Shown here: positions 30,250-39,545 of the stretch, piece after piece
How the letters are laid out: every line of letters starts with the position of its first letter
Numbering within the stretch: position 1 is the first letter of the stretch
Source: Candidatus Heimdallarchaeota archaeon
GTDB taxonomy: Archaea; Asgardarchaeota; Heimdallarchaeia; JABLTI01
NCBI GenBank assembly: GCA_019058275.1
Contig: JAHLVW010000118.1
Coordinates: 1 to 53,240, forward strand
DNA: 53,240 nucleotides
Direction: 5' to 3'
Notes under the pieces: generated by a model
Databases searched by the model: none
Told to the model about the DNA's origin: nothing
Seen by the model: the letters and a program-made list of their open reading frames with translations, nothing else
Translations under genes and position numbers: made by a program

Positions 30250-30819
30250 TTATTGTCTTGATATTTTTTTTCGTTTATTTCGAGCTGATCTTTGCTCATA
30301 GAGCCTTGCACAAAAAGAAGTGAGAATATCGATCATGTCTTGTACAAGGTCATCTTTGCAATCAGAGTGATTCACAACAATAATCTCTCGCTTAGCGGAA
30401 AGTAAAGCTGATTGCAAGTATTCAAAACCGAACCTTGTGAGTCTGTCTTTATGTTCTACGATAATGAAATCTATCGCCAAATCTTTTAACAGTCTCTTAA
30501 GCTTTGCTCTTCGACCATTCATTCCAGAAGCGATTTCACTTACCTCTTTAGTGATCAATAAATTGTTTTCATTCGCATAATCTCGTAGCCTTTGCAATTG
30601 TCTTTGTAGGTCCTCTTTCTGATCATGTGAAGATACTCTTGCGTATATTGCTCCCTTTTTTTGTTTCGATGCTTGTTCTTCTTCCCTTAGGATCAGGTAT
30701 GTTCCTGTTGGTAATTGTTCTATTTTTTCTGGAAAAATTCCTCCTCGCACCATTCTCCAAGCTGTCTTGTAAGATATTTCCTTCTCTCGTACCCATTCAG
30801 ATAGTTTCATAATAATCAT
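30250..30819 (-). CDS. tnpA: IS607-family serine transposase TnpA
   Basis: MerR-like N-terminal HTH, IYARVSSHDQKEDL, EIASG, VEHKDRLTRFGF and DLVQDMIDILTSFCARLY. Confidence 0.96.
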   Translation of the reverse strand: MIIMKLSEWVREKEISYKTAWRMVRGGIFPEKIEQLPTGTYLILREEEQASKQKKGAIYARVSSHDQKEDLQRQLQRLRDYANENNLLITKEVSEIASGMNGRRAKLKRLLKDLAIDFIIVEHKDRLTRFGFEYLQSALLSAKREIIVVNHSDCKDDLVQDMIDILTSFCARLYEQRSARNKRKKISRQ

Positions 30820-30897
30820 TATTTCTCTTGCTAGTATTTATTCCTTTAATCTCGAATTAAGTCTCCTTCTGCTCAAATTTTCAAAACAACCCTTGTC

Positions 30898-31161
30898 CTA
30901 TTTGTCCATAAGGAGAAGCAACTGTTCAACCCAACCAGGATGACCTTCTAATTCTAGAACATTGAAATCACCTGCAGATGTTCCAGGAACTACAGGTCCC
31001 CAAGCTTTTAGTAGTTCTTTTGCTTTTATGTCCAGATCCTCTTCTAAATCCTTTACTATAACACAAGTGCCAAGCTCAAAAACAACCCAGCTTTTTCTTT
31101 CGTCATCAACTATGAACCGCCAGGTATCAACTAATGAATTAAGTTTATTTTGTTTGTTCAT
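30898..31161 (-). pseudogene. N-terminal part of a small conserved protein interrupted after ...PGWV
   Basis: KSWVVFELGTCVI...GPVVPGTSAGDF...PGWV, then an unrelated tail that runs into the IS607 end region. Confidence 0.6.
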
Positions 31162-31205
31162 TTTAATGCACTTAAGAAGTTAAAAGATGATTCTTGTCAA
31201 TTTAC

Positions 31206-31673
31206 TCAAATTAGGTAACCAACAATTTCATAGAAATGCAAAACCGAACCCATCTTTGGAGATCTAATATGAAGATAGTTGTCACCTTTTATTGGTTCAA
31301 TCTCTAACTTAATTGTCTGAAGCCCTTCTATTAGGTCTTCTTTAATTTTCTGTATACCAAAAAAGATCTGAACAACTTGTTTTTCTGGAGTGTTTACTTT
31401 TATTGCTAATTTTATCAGTTTATCATTTGGTATTTTTATTCCCTTTAGTTGAATCCTGATTACTGCATTTTCCCAAAAATTCCCTAATGAATCACTTATT
31501 TCAAAATTCTTGTTTTGTTTAATCGTTATTCTATCTTGTAGATATTGTGTCGATAATCTGAACTCCCCTTCTGAGCTAGTATATCCTCCAAAAGTGTAAA
31601 GATGACCTTTTGCTTTCTTTCCCTTAAATTCTGGGCGCATTGGTGTTAATTTGAAGATTTCTTCTTCAGACAT
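31206..31673 (-). CDS. hypothetical protein
   Basis: 155-aa ORF with an AGGT SD-like motif. Confidence 0.65.
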   Translation of the reverse strand: MSEEEIFKLTPMRPEFKGKKAKGHLYTFGGYTSSEGEFRLSTQYLQDRITIKQNKNFEISDSLGNFWENAVIRIQLKGIKIPNDKLIKLAIKVNTPEKQVVQIFFGIQKIKEDLIEGLQTIKLEIEPIKGDNYLHIRSPKMGSVLHFYEIVGYLI

Positions 31674-31804
31674 TCTAACTACCTTTTTTCTCTAAATAAT
31701 CGACAATAATCTAAAAATTAGACTACTACTCCCTTAAACATAAAACTATTGTTCTGTACTTGGGAGGATTCCTTTCAAGTTATATTTTAAGGTAATATTA
31801 TGGA

Positions 31805-33244
31805 TTGATCAAATTGGTTGAAAGTGTAAAACCAGTTACCGCAGTTTTAGTTGGTTTAGGAACTCGAGGTAGAGATACTTATGGTTCTTATGCAATCAAA
31901 TATCCTAAGAGATTGAAATTTATTGCAATAGCAGATTTAGATGAAAAGAAACGTAAGTTTTTCCAAGAATTACACAATATTCCCAATGAAATGGTTTTTT
32001 CATCTTGGGAAGATTTATTGAATAAAAAGGTTGGCAAAATTGCTCAAGTAGCTTTCATCTGTACGCCTGATCGTATGCATTATAAACCTGTAATGAAAGC
32101 ATTAGAATTAGATTATGATTTATTCTTGGAAAAACCAATTGCACCATCGTTGAATGAGTGTAAAGAAATTGCAACACTAGCGAAGAAGAAGAAAAAAATT
32201 GTACAGGTTGCTCATATACTGCGATTTACTGGTTATTGGAAAACCCTCAAGGAATTCATCTCCTCACAACGTTTTGGTAGAATCATTCATTATGAGCATT
32301 CAGAAAACGTTTCCTTTTGGCATTTTGGTCATTCTTTTGTTCGTGGAGCTTACAAAAATAAGGATACTTCTACACCAATTATCTTAGCTAAAACCTGCCA
32401 TGATCTTGATTTAATGCACTGGATAATGGATGAAAATGCATTAGACGTTTATTCCCATGGGGAATTATCACATTACAAACCTGAAAATGCTCCTGAAAGA
32501 TGTACTGATGGTTGTCCAATTGAAAAGGAATGTCCTTGGTATGCACCTAGGTTGTATATTGAATTAGAACCTATTATTCGTATTGCTCTGTATTCTGACT
32601 CGAGAATAATTAGATGGATAATTAAGGGAGTTCTAAAATCAAAATCATTTAGGAAATTCGTTTTACTTTTCAGTAAAGATGTTAGACGAATAGAACATTG
32701 GGATCAATTTCCTGTTATACATATTACAGATGATTATAGTTACAAAGGTAGAATGAAAGCTCTAAAGGAGGGACCTTATGGGGTATGTATTTACAAAACA
32801 GGAAATGATGTTCCTGATCATCAAATATCAAGTTTTAACTACCCTAGTGGTGCAACAGCAACCTTAACGATGCATGGTTTATCAGAGCATGAAGGTAGAG
32901 AATTTAGGATTTTTGGTACAAAAGGTGTATTACGAGGTGTTTTCAGGAATAGCTTAGAATTAATCGAATTTACAGATTTCAGATTTGGTAAAACAGAAAC
33001 TATATACAAGGAAGGATTGAGTATCCAAGCTCACGGTGGTGGTGATGTAGGAATTATGCATGCTTTTACATCCGTAATGCTCGGTGAAAAAACAAAAGAA
33101 GAAGGTAACTTATCTGATTTTTTTAGTGCAATGGAATCCCATTTCATGGGTTTTGCTGCAGAAAAATCCAGAATATCTGGTAAGAAACAGAAAATGAAAA
33201 CTTTAGATGAATCTTTCCAGACAATCAGTATCTTTACACTCTAA
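31805..33244 (+). CDS. Gfo/Idh/MocA family oxidoreductase
   Basis: VGLGTRG, ICTPDRMH, LEKPIA, KTCHDLD and HGGGD. Confidence 0.93.
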   Translation: MIKLVESVKPVTAVLVGLGTRGRDTYGSYAIKYPKRLKFIAIADLDEKKRKFFQELHNIPNEMVFSSWEDLLNKKVGKIAQVAFICTPDRMHYKPVMKALELDYDLFLEKPIAPSLNECKEIATLAKKKKKIVQVAHILRFTGYWKTLKEFISSQRFGRIIHYEHSENVSFWHFGHSFVRGAYKNKDTSTPIILAKTCHDLDLMHWIMDENALDVYSHGELSHYKPENAPERCTDGCPIEKECPWYAPRLYIELEPIIRIALYSDSRIIRWIIKGVLKSKSFRKFVLLFSKDVRRIEHWDQFPVIHITDDYSYKGRMKALKEGPYGVCIYKTGNDVPDHQISSFNYPSGATATLTMHGLSEHEGREFRIFGTKGVLRGVFRNSLELIEFTDFRFGKTETIYKEGLSIQAHGGGDVGIMHAFTSVMLGEKTKEEGNLSDFFSAMESHFMGFAAEKSRISGKKQKMKTLDESFQTISIFTL

Positions 33245-33300
33245 ACTGCTGAATTTTTTTATTCACAGAAAAATAATACATTATAGAAAAAATAACAAAT

Positions 33301-33657
33301 GTGAACATTATGACTCATGTTGTTATTCGTTATTTTTGGGCTTTGCTCATTGGTTGGTGGACAGCTATCTTTTGGTTCTTAATCGGTTATTTTCTTATAG
33401 CTATTGTTGTTACTCGAGAATCCGGTTATTGGGTATGGAATAAACTTGCATTTGTCTATTCATTAAACAATGAATTTGAGCCAAGAAATCGTACTTTTTA
33501 CAACAAAATTGTTACTTATATTTGGTTTTACCTATTTGGCTGGTGGATTGGACCAATAGTAATTTTTCTCGTAATTTTTATTGGAATATTTATAATACCA
33601 TTTAGATTAAGTGAGAAAATGGTTCATGAAATTGATATTGTAATTATTTCCAGTTAG
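33301..33657 (+). CDS. YccF-like small membrane protein
   Basis: Duplicated W-x3-(I/F)GWW membrane motif. Confidence 0.7.
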   Translation: MNIMTHVVIRYFWALLIGWWTAIFWFLIGYFLIAIVVTRESGYWVWNKLAFVYSLNNEFEPRNRTFYNKIVTYIWFYLFGWWIGPIVIFLVIFIGIFIIPFRLSEKMVHEIDIVIISS

Positions 33658-33682
33658 TTATTCACAATTTTTATTTATTTTT

Positions 33683-34024
33683 TTACTTTGAGAAATCATC
33701 TAATAATGCTTGTGTACTAGCATGTCCTCGAGCCTTAGCAATTTGACTTAAAGCCCATTCAGCTGATGTACGTACTCTTTCACTCTCATCATTATCTTTA
33801 GCAAAAATTAGTGCTGGTATTACAGCATCATGTGTACCAAACAAGGCTAATGTTTCAGCTATCACAGAACGAACTGCCTCATCTTGATCTTTTTTGAATG
33901 CACTTACTAAACTGGGTAATGCTTCCGCTGCACCCATTTCACCAAGATTCATTGCTGCTTTTGATCTTGTTTCGGGATTTAAATCGCGCAATTCTCTTGT
34001 TAACCTGTTGATACTACTACTCAT
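33683..34024 (-). CDS. HEAT-repeat (PBS lyase-like) protein
   Basis: D.NPETRSKAAMNLG, DQDEAVRSVIAETL and DESERVRTSAEWAL. Confidence 0.88.
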   Translation of the reverse strand: MSSSINRLTRELRDLNPETRSKAAMNLGEMGAAEALPSLVSAFKKDQDEAVRSVIAETLALFGTHDAVIPALIFAKDNDESERVRTSAEWALSQIAKARGHASTQALLDDFSK

Positions 34025-34167
34025 AATGATACATTCCTAATAATGATAATAAACTATGCTCTTCTTAATTATTAGAGTAACTACTATTTAAGACCTAATA
34101 AAGTGTTATTCCCAATTATCATTTCAGAATGTTATTTACTTCTTGCATTGTTGGAACCAGATGATTT

Positions 34168-34190
34168 TTCAAATCTCCACCGCAGCACCA
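34168..34190 (+). repeat. orphan tRNA 3'-end fragment (att-like)
   Basis: TTCAAATCTCCACCGCAGCACCA reads as T-loop, T-stem strand, acceptor strand and ACCA; 19/23 identical to the tRNA-Phe 3' end; no 5' half nearby. Confidence 0.7.
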
Positions 34191-34199
34191 AATACACAA

Positions 34200-34457
34200 T
34201 TAATAGATTCTTCCAGGCCATTCCTTCCAAGGAGTATTAGTAAATTCCACACATTGGATAATTGTCTTACCAATAAAATCCTCATCACCACATTCAAAGG
34301 TATACATTACAAAACCATCATAAGATAAGAAATGAATTCTTTCAACACGATAGATTATTTGAGGATCAGCTATTTTTACTAATTTTAGAAATTCCTCTCG
34401 AGTATATTTTACTCTATAGTCGCTTGCTTGCTGTTGTTCACCTGACACTTTCTTCAC
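34200..34457 (-). CDS. small hypothetical protein
   Basis: 85-aa ORF with typical composition. Confidence 0.6.
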   Translation of the reverse strand: MKKVSGEQQQASDYRVKYTREEFLKLVKIADPQIIYRVERIHFLSYDGFVMYTFECGDEDFIGKTIIQCVEFTNTPWKEWPGRIY

Positions 34458-34514
34458 CCAATAATTCCTTGAACATTATTAGTTAAGCAATAAGAATTAA
34501 ATAATTCTTTATCA

Positions 34515-34994
34515 ATGTTATTAGTGGGAACAAAAATGGGACATAATGCTATGACTAGTTGGTTTTATCGAGATTCTCCACCACCAAATGATGAAGCAAT
34601 TTTTGAAAACCTTACTCGAGTTATTTTCCAAGGGGGATTAAGTTGGGAATTGATACAGAAAAAGTGGCCAAATTTCCAGAAAGCCTTTAATAATTTTTCA
34701 ATTACCGAAGTTGCTAAATTCATTGAGGATGATTTTATTCGTTTAGTTGAAGATGCAGGGATTATTCGAAATTCAAAGAAAATTGAAGCTACAATCTTTA
34801 ATGCTCAAGAATTCGTCAAAATTCAAGAAGAATATGGTTCATTTAGTAAATACTTGCCAACACTAGATAAAGCTAATAATTATGAACAAGCAAGAAAGGA
34901 ATTGAGTAAGAGATTCAAGCGACTCGGACCTAAATCATGTTATATCTTCCTATATAGCATTGGTGAAAACATCAAACATTATGATGAAGAATAA
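34515..34994 (+). CDS. tag: DNA-3-methyladenine glycosylase I family
   Basis: FQGGLSW..IQKK..NFQKAF, DAGIIRNSKKIEATI.NA and FKRLGP. Confidence 0.9.
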   Translation: MLLVGTKMGHNAMTSWFYRDSPPPNDEAIFENLTRVIFQGGLSWELIQKKWPNFQKAFNNFSITEVAKFIEDDFIRLVEDAGIIRNSKKIEATIFNAQEFVKIQEEYGSFSKYLPTLDKANNYEQARKELSKRFKRLGPKSCYIFLYSIGENIKHYDEE

Positions 34995-35103
34995 TAGAAA
35001 ACTAGAATTAATTTATTTATCCTTTTCTTCCATAAGATTGCCTTTTTTGTCACCAATTTGCAGAGAAAGTTATGTTTTTTAAGATAATCTCAAAGAATAT
35101 AGT

Positions 35104-35895
35104 ATGAAGCGATTTAAGATTATCCCAATGGCATTTCTGTTAACATTATTTGCCTTTTCATTGCTTAATATTAACCTAACTTTAGCTGGTTATGAAACTG
35201 ATCCAGCTGGTGATGCTGGTGGTATCGGATCTAGTGATATTACTCGAGTTGATGTTTCTGTTTCTTACCATTCAGTTCCAGAAGACGATGAAATAATTCT
35301 AAAGATTACTTTGGCAGAAGAGATTACCATTAATGAAAGTGCTTCTTTCAACTGGTTTGACTATAACTTTTACGTTGATACAAGTTTAACTACTAACACC
35401 AATACTTCAGAACTTACTACTGATGATTATGAGTACCAAGCACATTTAGGACGAAAATTATCTGGTAGCACATGGACAAATACCTCGTCTTTATTTTGTA
35501 CACGTTATTACTACACTGGTGACGGTCAAGGAAAAACTTTAGGTGCTTTTTATTGGAATTCTAATACCGAAACATGGCAAAGTTCAGATCCAGAGCTTGA
35601 AGTTGGCGAAGTTATCGGTAACACGATTGTATGGGATGTAACTGGAGCCATTTACAGAGAACAACCAATAGGCACTGGCTATGTTGTTCAAGGAGTAGCA
35701 ACTACAGCATACAACCTAAATGTTAAAGATCAGGCCACAGAAAGTGGTTGGGTAGATGAGTTCGATAATGTATGCGTTCCTCCAACATCAAGTACACCAA
35801 CTACACCCTCATTACCAAGCATAGGTTTTCTATATAGCATTGTTTTCATAGGCTTAGTAGCATCAAGTATTACCATAATCAGAAAACGAAAATGA
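35104..35895 (+). CDS. secreted, C-terminally anchored surface protein
   Basis: Signal peptide, DPAGD motif, Thr/Pro linker, C-terminal TM plus RKRK. Confidence 0.8.
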   Translation: MKRFKIIPMAFLLTLFAFSLLNINLTLAGYETDPAGDAGGIGSSDITRVDVSVSYHSVPEDDEIILKITLAEEITINESASFNWFDYNFYVDTSLTTNTNTSELTTDDYEYQAHLGRKLSGSTWTNTSSLFCTRYYYTGDGQGKTLGAFYWNSNTETWQSSDPELEVGEVIGNTIVWDVTGAIYREQPIGTGYVVQGVATTAYNLNVKDQATESGWVDEFDNVCVPPTSSTPTTPSLPSIGFLYSIVFIGLVASSITIIRKRK

Positions 35896-36103
35896 ATAAG
35901 ATGATGTTAAGATCGCAGTTAATGCTGCGACTAACAATCTCTTTATACTTGAGCTCGTAATTTTTTTCTGTTTTTATTAATTTCAAATACTTTAATAACT
36001 AAATTTAAATTCTTGATTTTTTCTCAAAATTCTTAATGAAAATTAAAAAAGAAGAATTAAGAAATCCAGAACAAGTCTGAACTTCAAGTTTAGGATTTAT
36101 TCT

Positions 36104-37024
36104 TTATTTCCTACGTTTTTTCACAAGAACAATCGGAATTGCAAGTGATGCCAGTGCACCGATAGCAATTAGATACTCGAATCCTGGGAATGGCCATGTT
36201 GGAAGAGAATACAATTCAAAAATAGGCATATCATAACCTGCCTTTTCTGTTAGATAATTGTAATTCATTTCAAAAATCGTTCCATTTACAAATCCAGTAA
36301 CTTCACCGACCATACGCATTCCAAGCATTACACCTGTAGCTATTGTATAGGCAAATTGGTATCTATGTTCAATTGTAAGATTAACTTGTGTTAGAGAACC
36401 TGAGTTATTTACTAAATCAGCTATTTCTCCACTTAAGTGAGTTTCAAAGATGAAATCTGTTGATGTGTTATCATACGTTGCATCCCAAACTAAAGATGTT
36501 GTAATGTTTTCCATAGCTGTTGTACCATTTGCATGAATAGAATCAGCCATATCAGCCCAGATGCTCCATGGTTCCCAAGATGAGTTATCAACATCTAAAA
36601 ATGGAACCAGTAATAGTCCTGCATGGGTATCTTCAGTTGCATTTTGATCCCACTCAGTTGTAGCTATTCCCAAAGATACAAACAATGGAAATATTGTGAG
36701 AAGAGCCATACCCAAAGAATCCCAAACACTTGATGATTTCTCTTCAGTAAAGGCTCCTGCAGTAAGATTATAATCCACACCAAGGGAATCAAGAGCTGTA
36801 ACATTGAGCTCTACTGTTGTTCCTGCAGCAAAAGTGGTATTTGCAATTTCAAATCCAGTTCCAGATGCAGTGTTTACACCGAATGTTACAGACATATTTG
36901 AATCAATAACATCGTAGTTAAAGATAGAACCTACAGTAACTAAATAGTCACCGTTGACAGTTTGACTAGAGAAAACAATACCTATCATTAGAACAGGTAA
37001 AATTACTCTAAGTGCTTTTTTCAT
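36104..37024 (-). CDS. surface glycoprotein with PGF-CTERM-type anchor (choice-of-anchor S-like)
   Basis: Signal peptide, many N-x-S/T sequons, C-terminal PGF-TM-KKRRK. Confidence 0.8.
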   Translation of the reverse strand: MKKALRVILPVLMIGIVFSSQTVNGDYLVTVGSIFNYDVIDSNMSVTFGVNTASGTGFEIANTTFAAGTTVELNVTALDSLGVDYNLTAGAFTEEKSSSVWDSLGMALLTIFPLFVSLGIATTEWDQNATEDTHAGLLLVPFLDVDNSSWEPWSIWADMADSIHANGTTAMENITTSLVWDATYDNTSTDFIFETHLSGEIADLVNNSGSLTQVNLTIEHRYQFAYTIATGVMLGMRMVGEVTGFVNGTIFEMNYNYLTEKAGYDMPIFELYSLPTWPFPGFEYLIAIGALASLAIPIVLVKKRRK

Positions 37025-37230
37025 AATTTTTTCAACCTCAAAATAATATATGAATTAGAATTGACAGCTTTGTATTAAAAGGATAGCTATTTGGGAATTT
37101 TTGTTTGGAAGCTGAATTATATCTTGAACTTTTTCTACAAAAATTCTTGCTTTGTATTCAAACATTAACAGTTAAACCAAAAGCTTTTTTTCATAAGGCA
37201 TTCGCTTTTGAAATTATAACGAAACTTTGA

Positions 37231-37713
37231 GTGGAAAATATGACTTTTGCAACACTTGAAACAGAAAAAGGAATAATTGAGATAGAATTATTCGATGAAG
37301 AAACACCTAACACTGTCAAGAGCTTTGTTAGTTTAATTGAAAAGAGATTTTACGATGGCATAAAATTCCACAGAGTGATTCCTAAATTTGTGATCCAAGG
37401 TGGAGATCCTACAGGCACTGGTTCTGGTGGTCCGGGTTATAGAATTCCTTGTGAAGTAGATGCCCCAAAGCAAGAGCACAAGCTCGGAGCTTTAAGCATG
37501 GCTCATGCAGGCAGAAATACTGGCGGTTCACAATTCTTTGTCGTCACAGATGAACAGAATACAAAACATCTTAATCGCAATCACACTGTTTTCGGTCAAA
37601 CAATTAAAGGCATAGAAGTTGTTAACAGCATTATACAAGGCGATAAAATCCTAAAGGCAACTGTCAGAGACGTTAGTGAAAAGATTAAGAATTGGCAATT
37701 AAAAAAGATGTGA
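37231..37713 (+). CDS. cyclophilin-type peptidyl-prolyl cis-trans isomerase
   Basis: FYDGIKFHRVIPKFVIQGGDPTGTGSGG, LSMAHAG.NTGGSQFF and HTVFG. Confidence 0.97.
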   Translation: MENMTFATLETEKGIIEIELFDEETPNTVKSFVSLIEKRFYDGIKFHRVIPKFVIQGGDPTGTGSGGPGYRIPCEVDAPKQEHKLGALSMAHAGRNTGGSQFFVVTDEQNTKHLNRNHTVFGQTIKGIEVVNSIIQGDKILKATVRDVSEKIKNWQLKKM

Positions 37714-37744
37714 ATAAAAAAATTAATTAGAGGATGTAAAATCC

Positions 37745-39322
37745 TCAAACACTTTTTCTTGGTGTTCTTTTAAATTCAGTTATTTCTGCATCCCAATCTA
37801 GGTTTTTTCTACATACTGGACATGCGCCTGTAACTTTTACTGCTTCTTTCATATGACTTAGATGTCCCTTAATTCCGCAGTAAATACAAACTCCTAATTC
37901 ATCGTCGAAATCTATTGTTAATTTACAGACCGGGCATCTTGCTAGTTCTTCATTACAAGCTGGGCAAGTAGTCATTGATTCATTTATTGGTTCACCACAG
38001 AAGAAGCAAGTTCGAGCATAATCCACGCTAGTTTCAGGTAAGCTTTCTTCTCGAGAGAAATCACCTTTCTCATGTTGAACTGTGAAGATACCAGTAAAAG
38101 TATTGAATGTACCAATGATTTTGTTTTCTTCAAGAAGTACAATAATTACATCTTCAACTGTCGTTTTGCTACAATTATACCTACTTTGGACATCAGCTAG
38201 CTTTAATTCCTCATTTTCGTTCATCAAGGAGATAAGCTCAGGTAATTCTTGAGCTATTTTCATTCTAAGTTCTTCACTGTCAGTAACTTGTACTTTTTCT
38301 TCTTGTAGTTCAACTATTCTTCCTATTGATTTGTCCCACAGATTAGAAACAATACGTTTGACATTATCAATGTCTAATGCTTTCTTTGCTCGAGCCAAAA
38401 AACTAGTATCAGCTTCTGCCAGAATATCATCAACATTCCAAACTTTTACCTTACCGTCAGCAGCCAATGAGACGAGCAATGACCCATCTGGACTAAATGC
38501 CACTTTTGTGATTGTTTTCTTATGTTTCTCGATTGCTTTAATTTCATTAGCATTCTTAATATCCCAGAGTCTTACTATATTGTCAGATGAGCCACTTGCA
38601 ATCACTTTCTTTGTTGGGTGAAAAGCAATTGAAGTAAATACAGTATTTACAGCAGCGATTCTTCTGATTTCTTTTAGCTTCTCAATGTCCCAAAGTTTAA
38701 TTGAACCATCACTCGACCCAGTTACCAATGCTTTTCCATCTGGGCTGTAAACTAAATCTGTTACTGAACTAAAATGACCTTTTAGCTCACCGATCTTTTT
38801 TCCGTTGGCAACCTTCCAAAGCATTACCATATGATCTAGTGATGATGATGCTAAGATATTTGCACTTGGTGAAAATTCTATTTTAGTAATAGTATCTGAG
38901 TGTTGCTTTAGTTCTTGGGTCTTCTTCCATTTTCTCTTTAAATCCCATAATCGAATACGATTATCAGCTGTTGCTGAAGCCAATATTTTATCATCTTTTT
39001 TGAAAGCTAAACTATTTACTGATCCCCAGTACCCCTTAATTATTTTGAGAATATGTCCTTGAAAAGCATCCCAGATGATTATTCTTCTATCTGAAGATCC
39101 TGAAGCGAATATTTTTCCATCATTTGAGAAAACAATGGAAGTAATTTTGTCTTTATGTCCCTTTAACACTAACATCTCTTTATCTGAATTAATATTCCAA
39201 AGTCTGATTGTTCCTGAATCATAACCAGTAGCTATAACTGTGCTGTCTGGTGTAAACGAAAATGTTGTGCATTGTTCTACTTTTTGTACTGTTTCATCTT
39301 TCTTTTTACTTTCATCACTCAT
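37745..39322 (-). CDS. WD40 beta-propeller plus PCI-like winged helix, Zn ribbon and RING-like finger
   Basis: About 7 GH...WD repeats; VEDVIIVLLEENKIIGTFN; CFFC..CPAC; CPVC..CIYC..HLSH..CPVC. Confidence 0.85.
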   Translation of the reverse strand: MSDESKKKDETVQKVEQCTTFSFTPDSTVIATGYDSGTIRLWNINSDKEMLVLKGHKDKITSIVFSNDGKIFASGSSDRRIIIWDAFQGHILKIIKGYWGSVNSLAFKKDDKILASATADNRIRLWDLKRKWKKTQELKQHSDTITKIEFSPSANILASSSLDHMVMLWKVANGKKIGELKGHFSSVTDLVYSPDGKALVTGSSDGSIKLWDIEKLKEIRRIAAVNTVFTSIAFHPTKKVIASGSSDNIVRLWDIKNANEIKAIEKHKKTITKVAFSPDGSLLVSLAADGKVKVWNVDDILAEADTSFLARAKKALDIDNVKRIVSNLWDKSIGRIVELQEEKVQVTDSEELRMKIAQELPELISLMNENEELKLADVQSRYNCSKTTVEDVIIVLLEENKIIGTFNTFTGIFTVQHEKGDFSREESLPETSVDYARTCFFCGEPINESMTTCPACNEELARCPVCKLTIDFDDELGVCIYCGIKGHLSHMKEAVKVTGACPVCRKNLDWDAEITEFKRTPRKSV

Positions 39323-39545
39323 TGTTTCTCACCATATCGATCTATTGATTATCAAATCAAGCTCTGATTTTATGAGGTATCATTTATTGAATAAAGGTTT
39401 CCAAATTAATAATTTAAATCCTATTACTCATTTTAGAGGTATTTTTATAGCTCCCTCTAAACTACTTTTTGGATGATTAGTTTCAGTTGCGTATCGAATA
39501 TAATCACTTCCTCAAGGATTAGAATTATCCATTAGAGGGTCAAAA

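Larger units (their letters stand above)
25884..30930 (-). mobile_element. IS607-headed cargo element (partial; no tnpB)
   Basis: tnpA followed by four co-oriented genes. A truncated host ORF ends at a GG near 30930. TTGTCC direct repeats 9 nt apart at 30893 and 30902. Confidence 0.55.

Noticed and set aside
34168-34190. Complete or split tRNA gene
   Set aside because: Only the T-loop to CCA is present; no 5' half, anticodon arm or pairing leader was found.
39323-39545. Replication origin next to cdc6
   Set aside because: No ORB-like repeats recognised in the 220-bp spacer.
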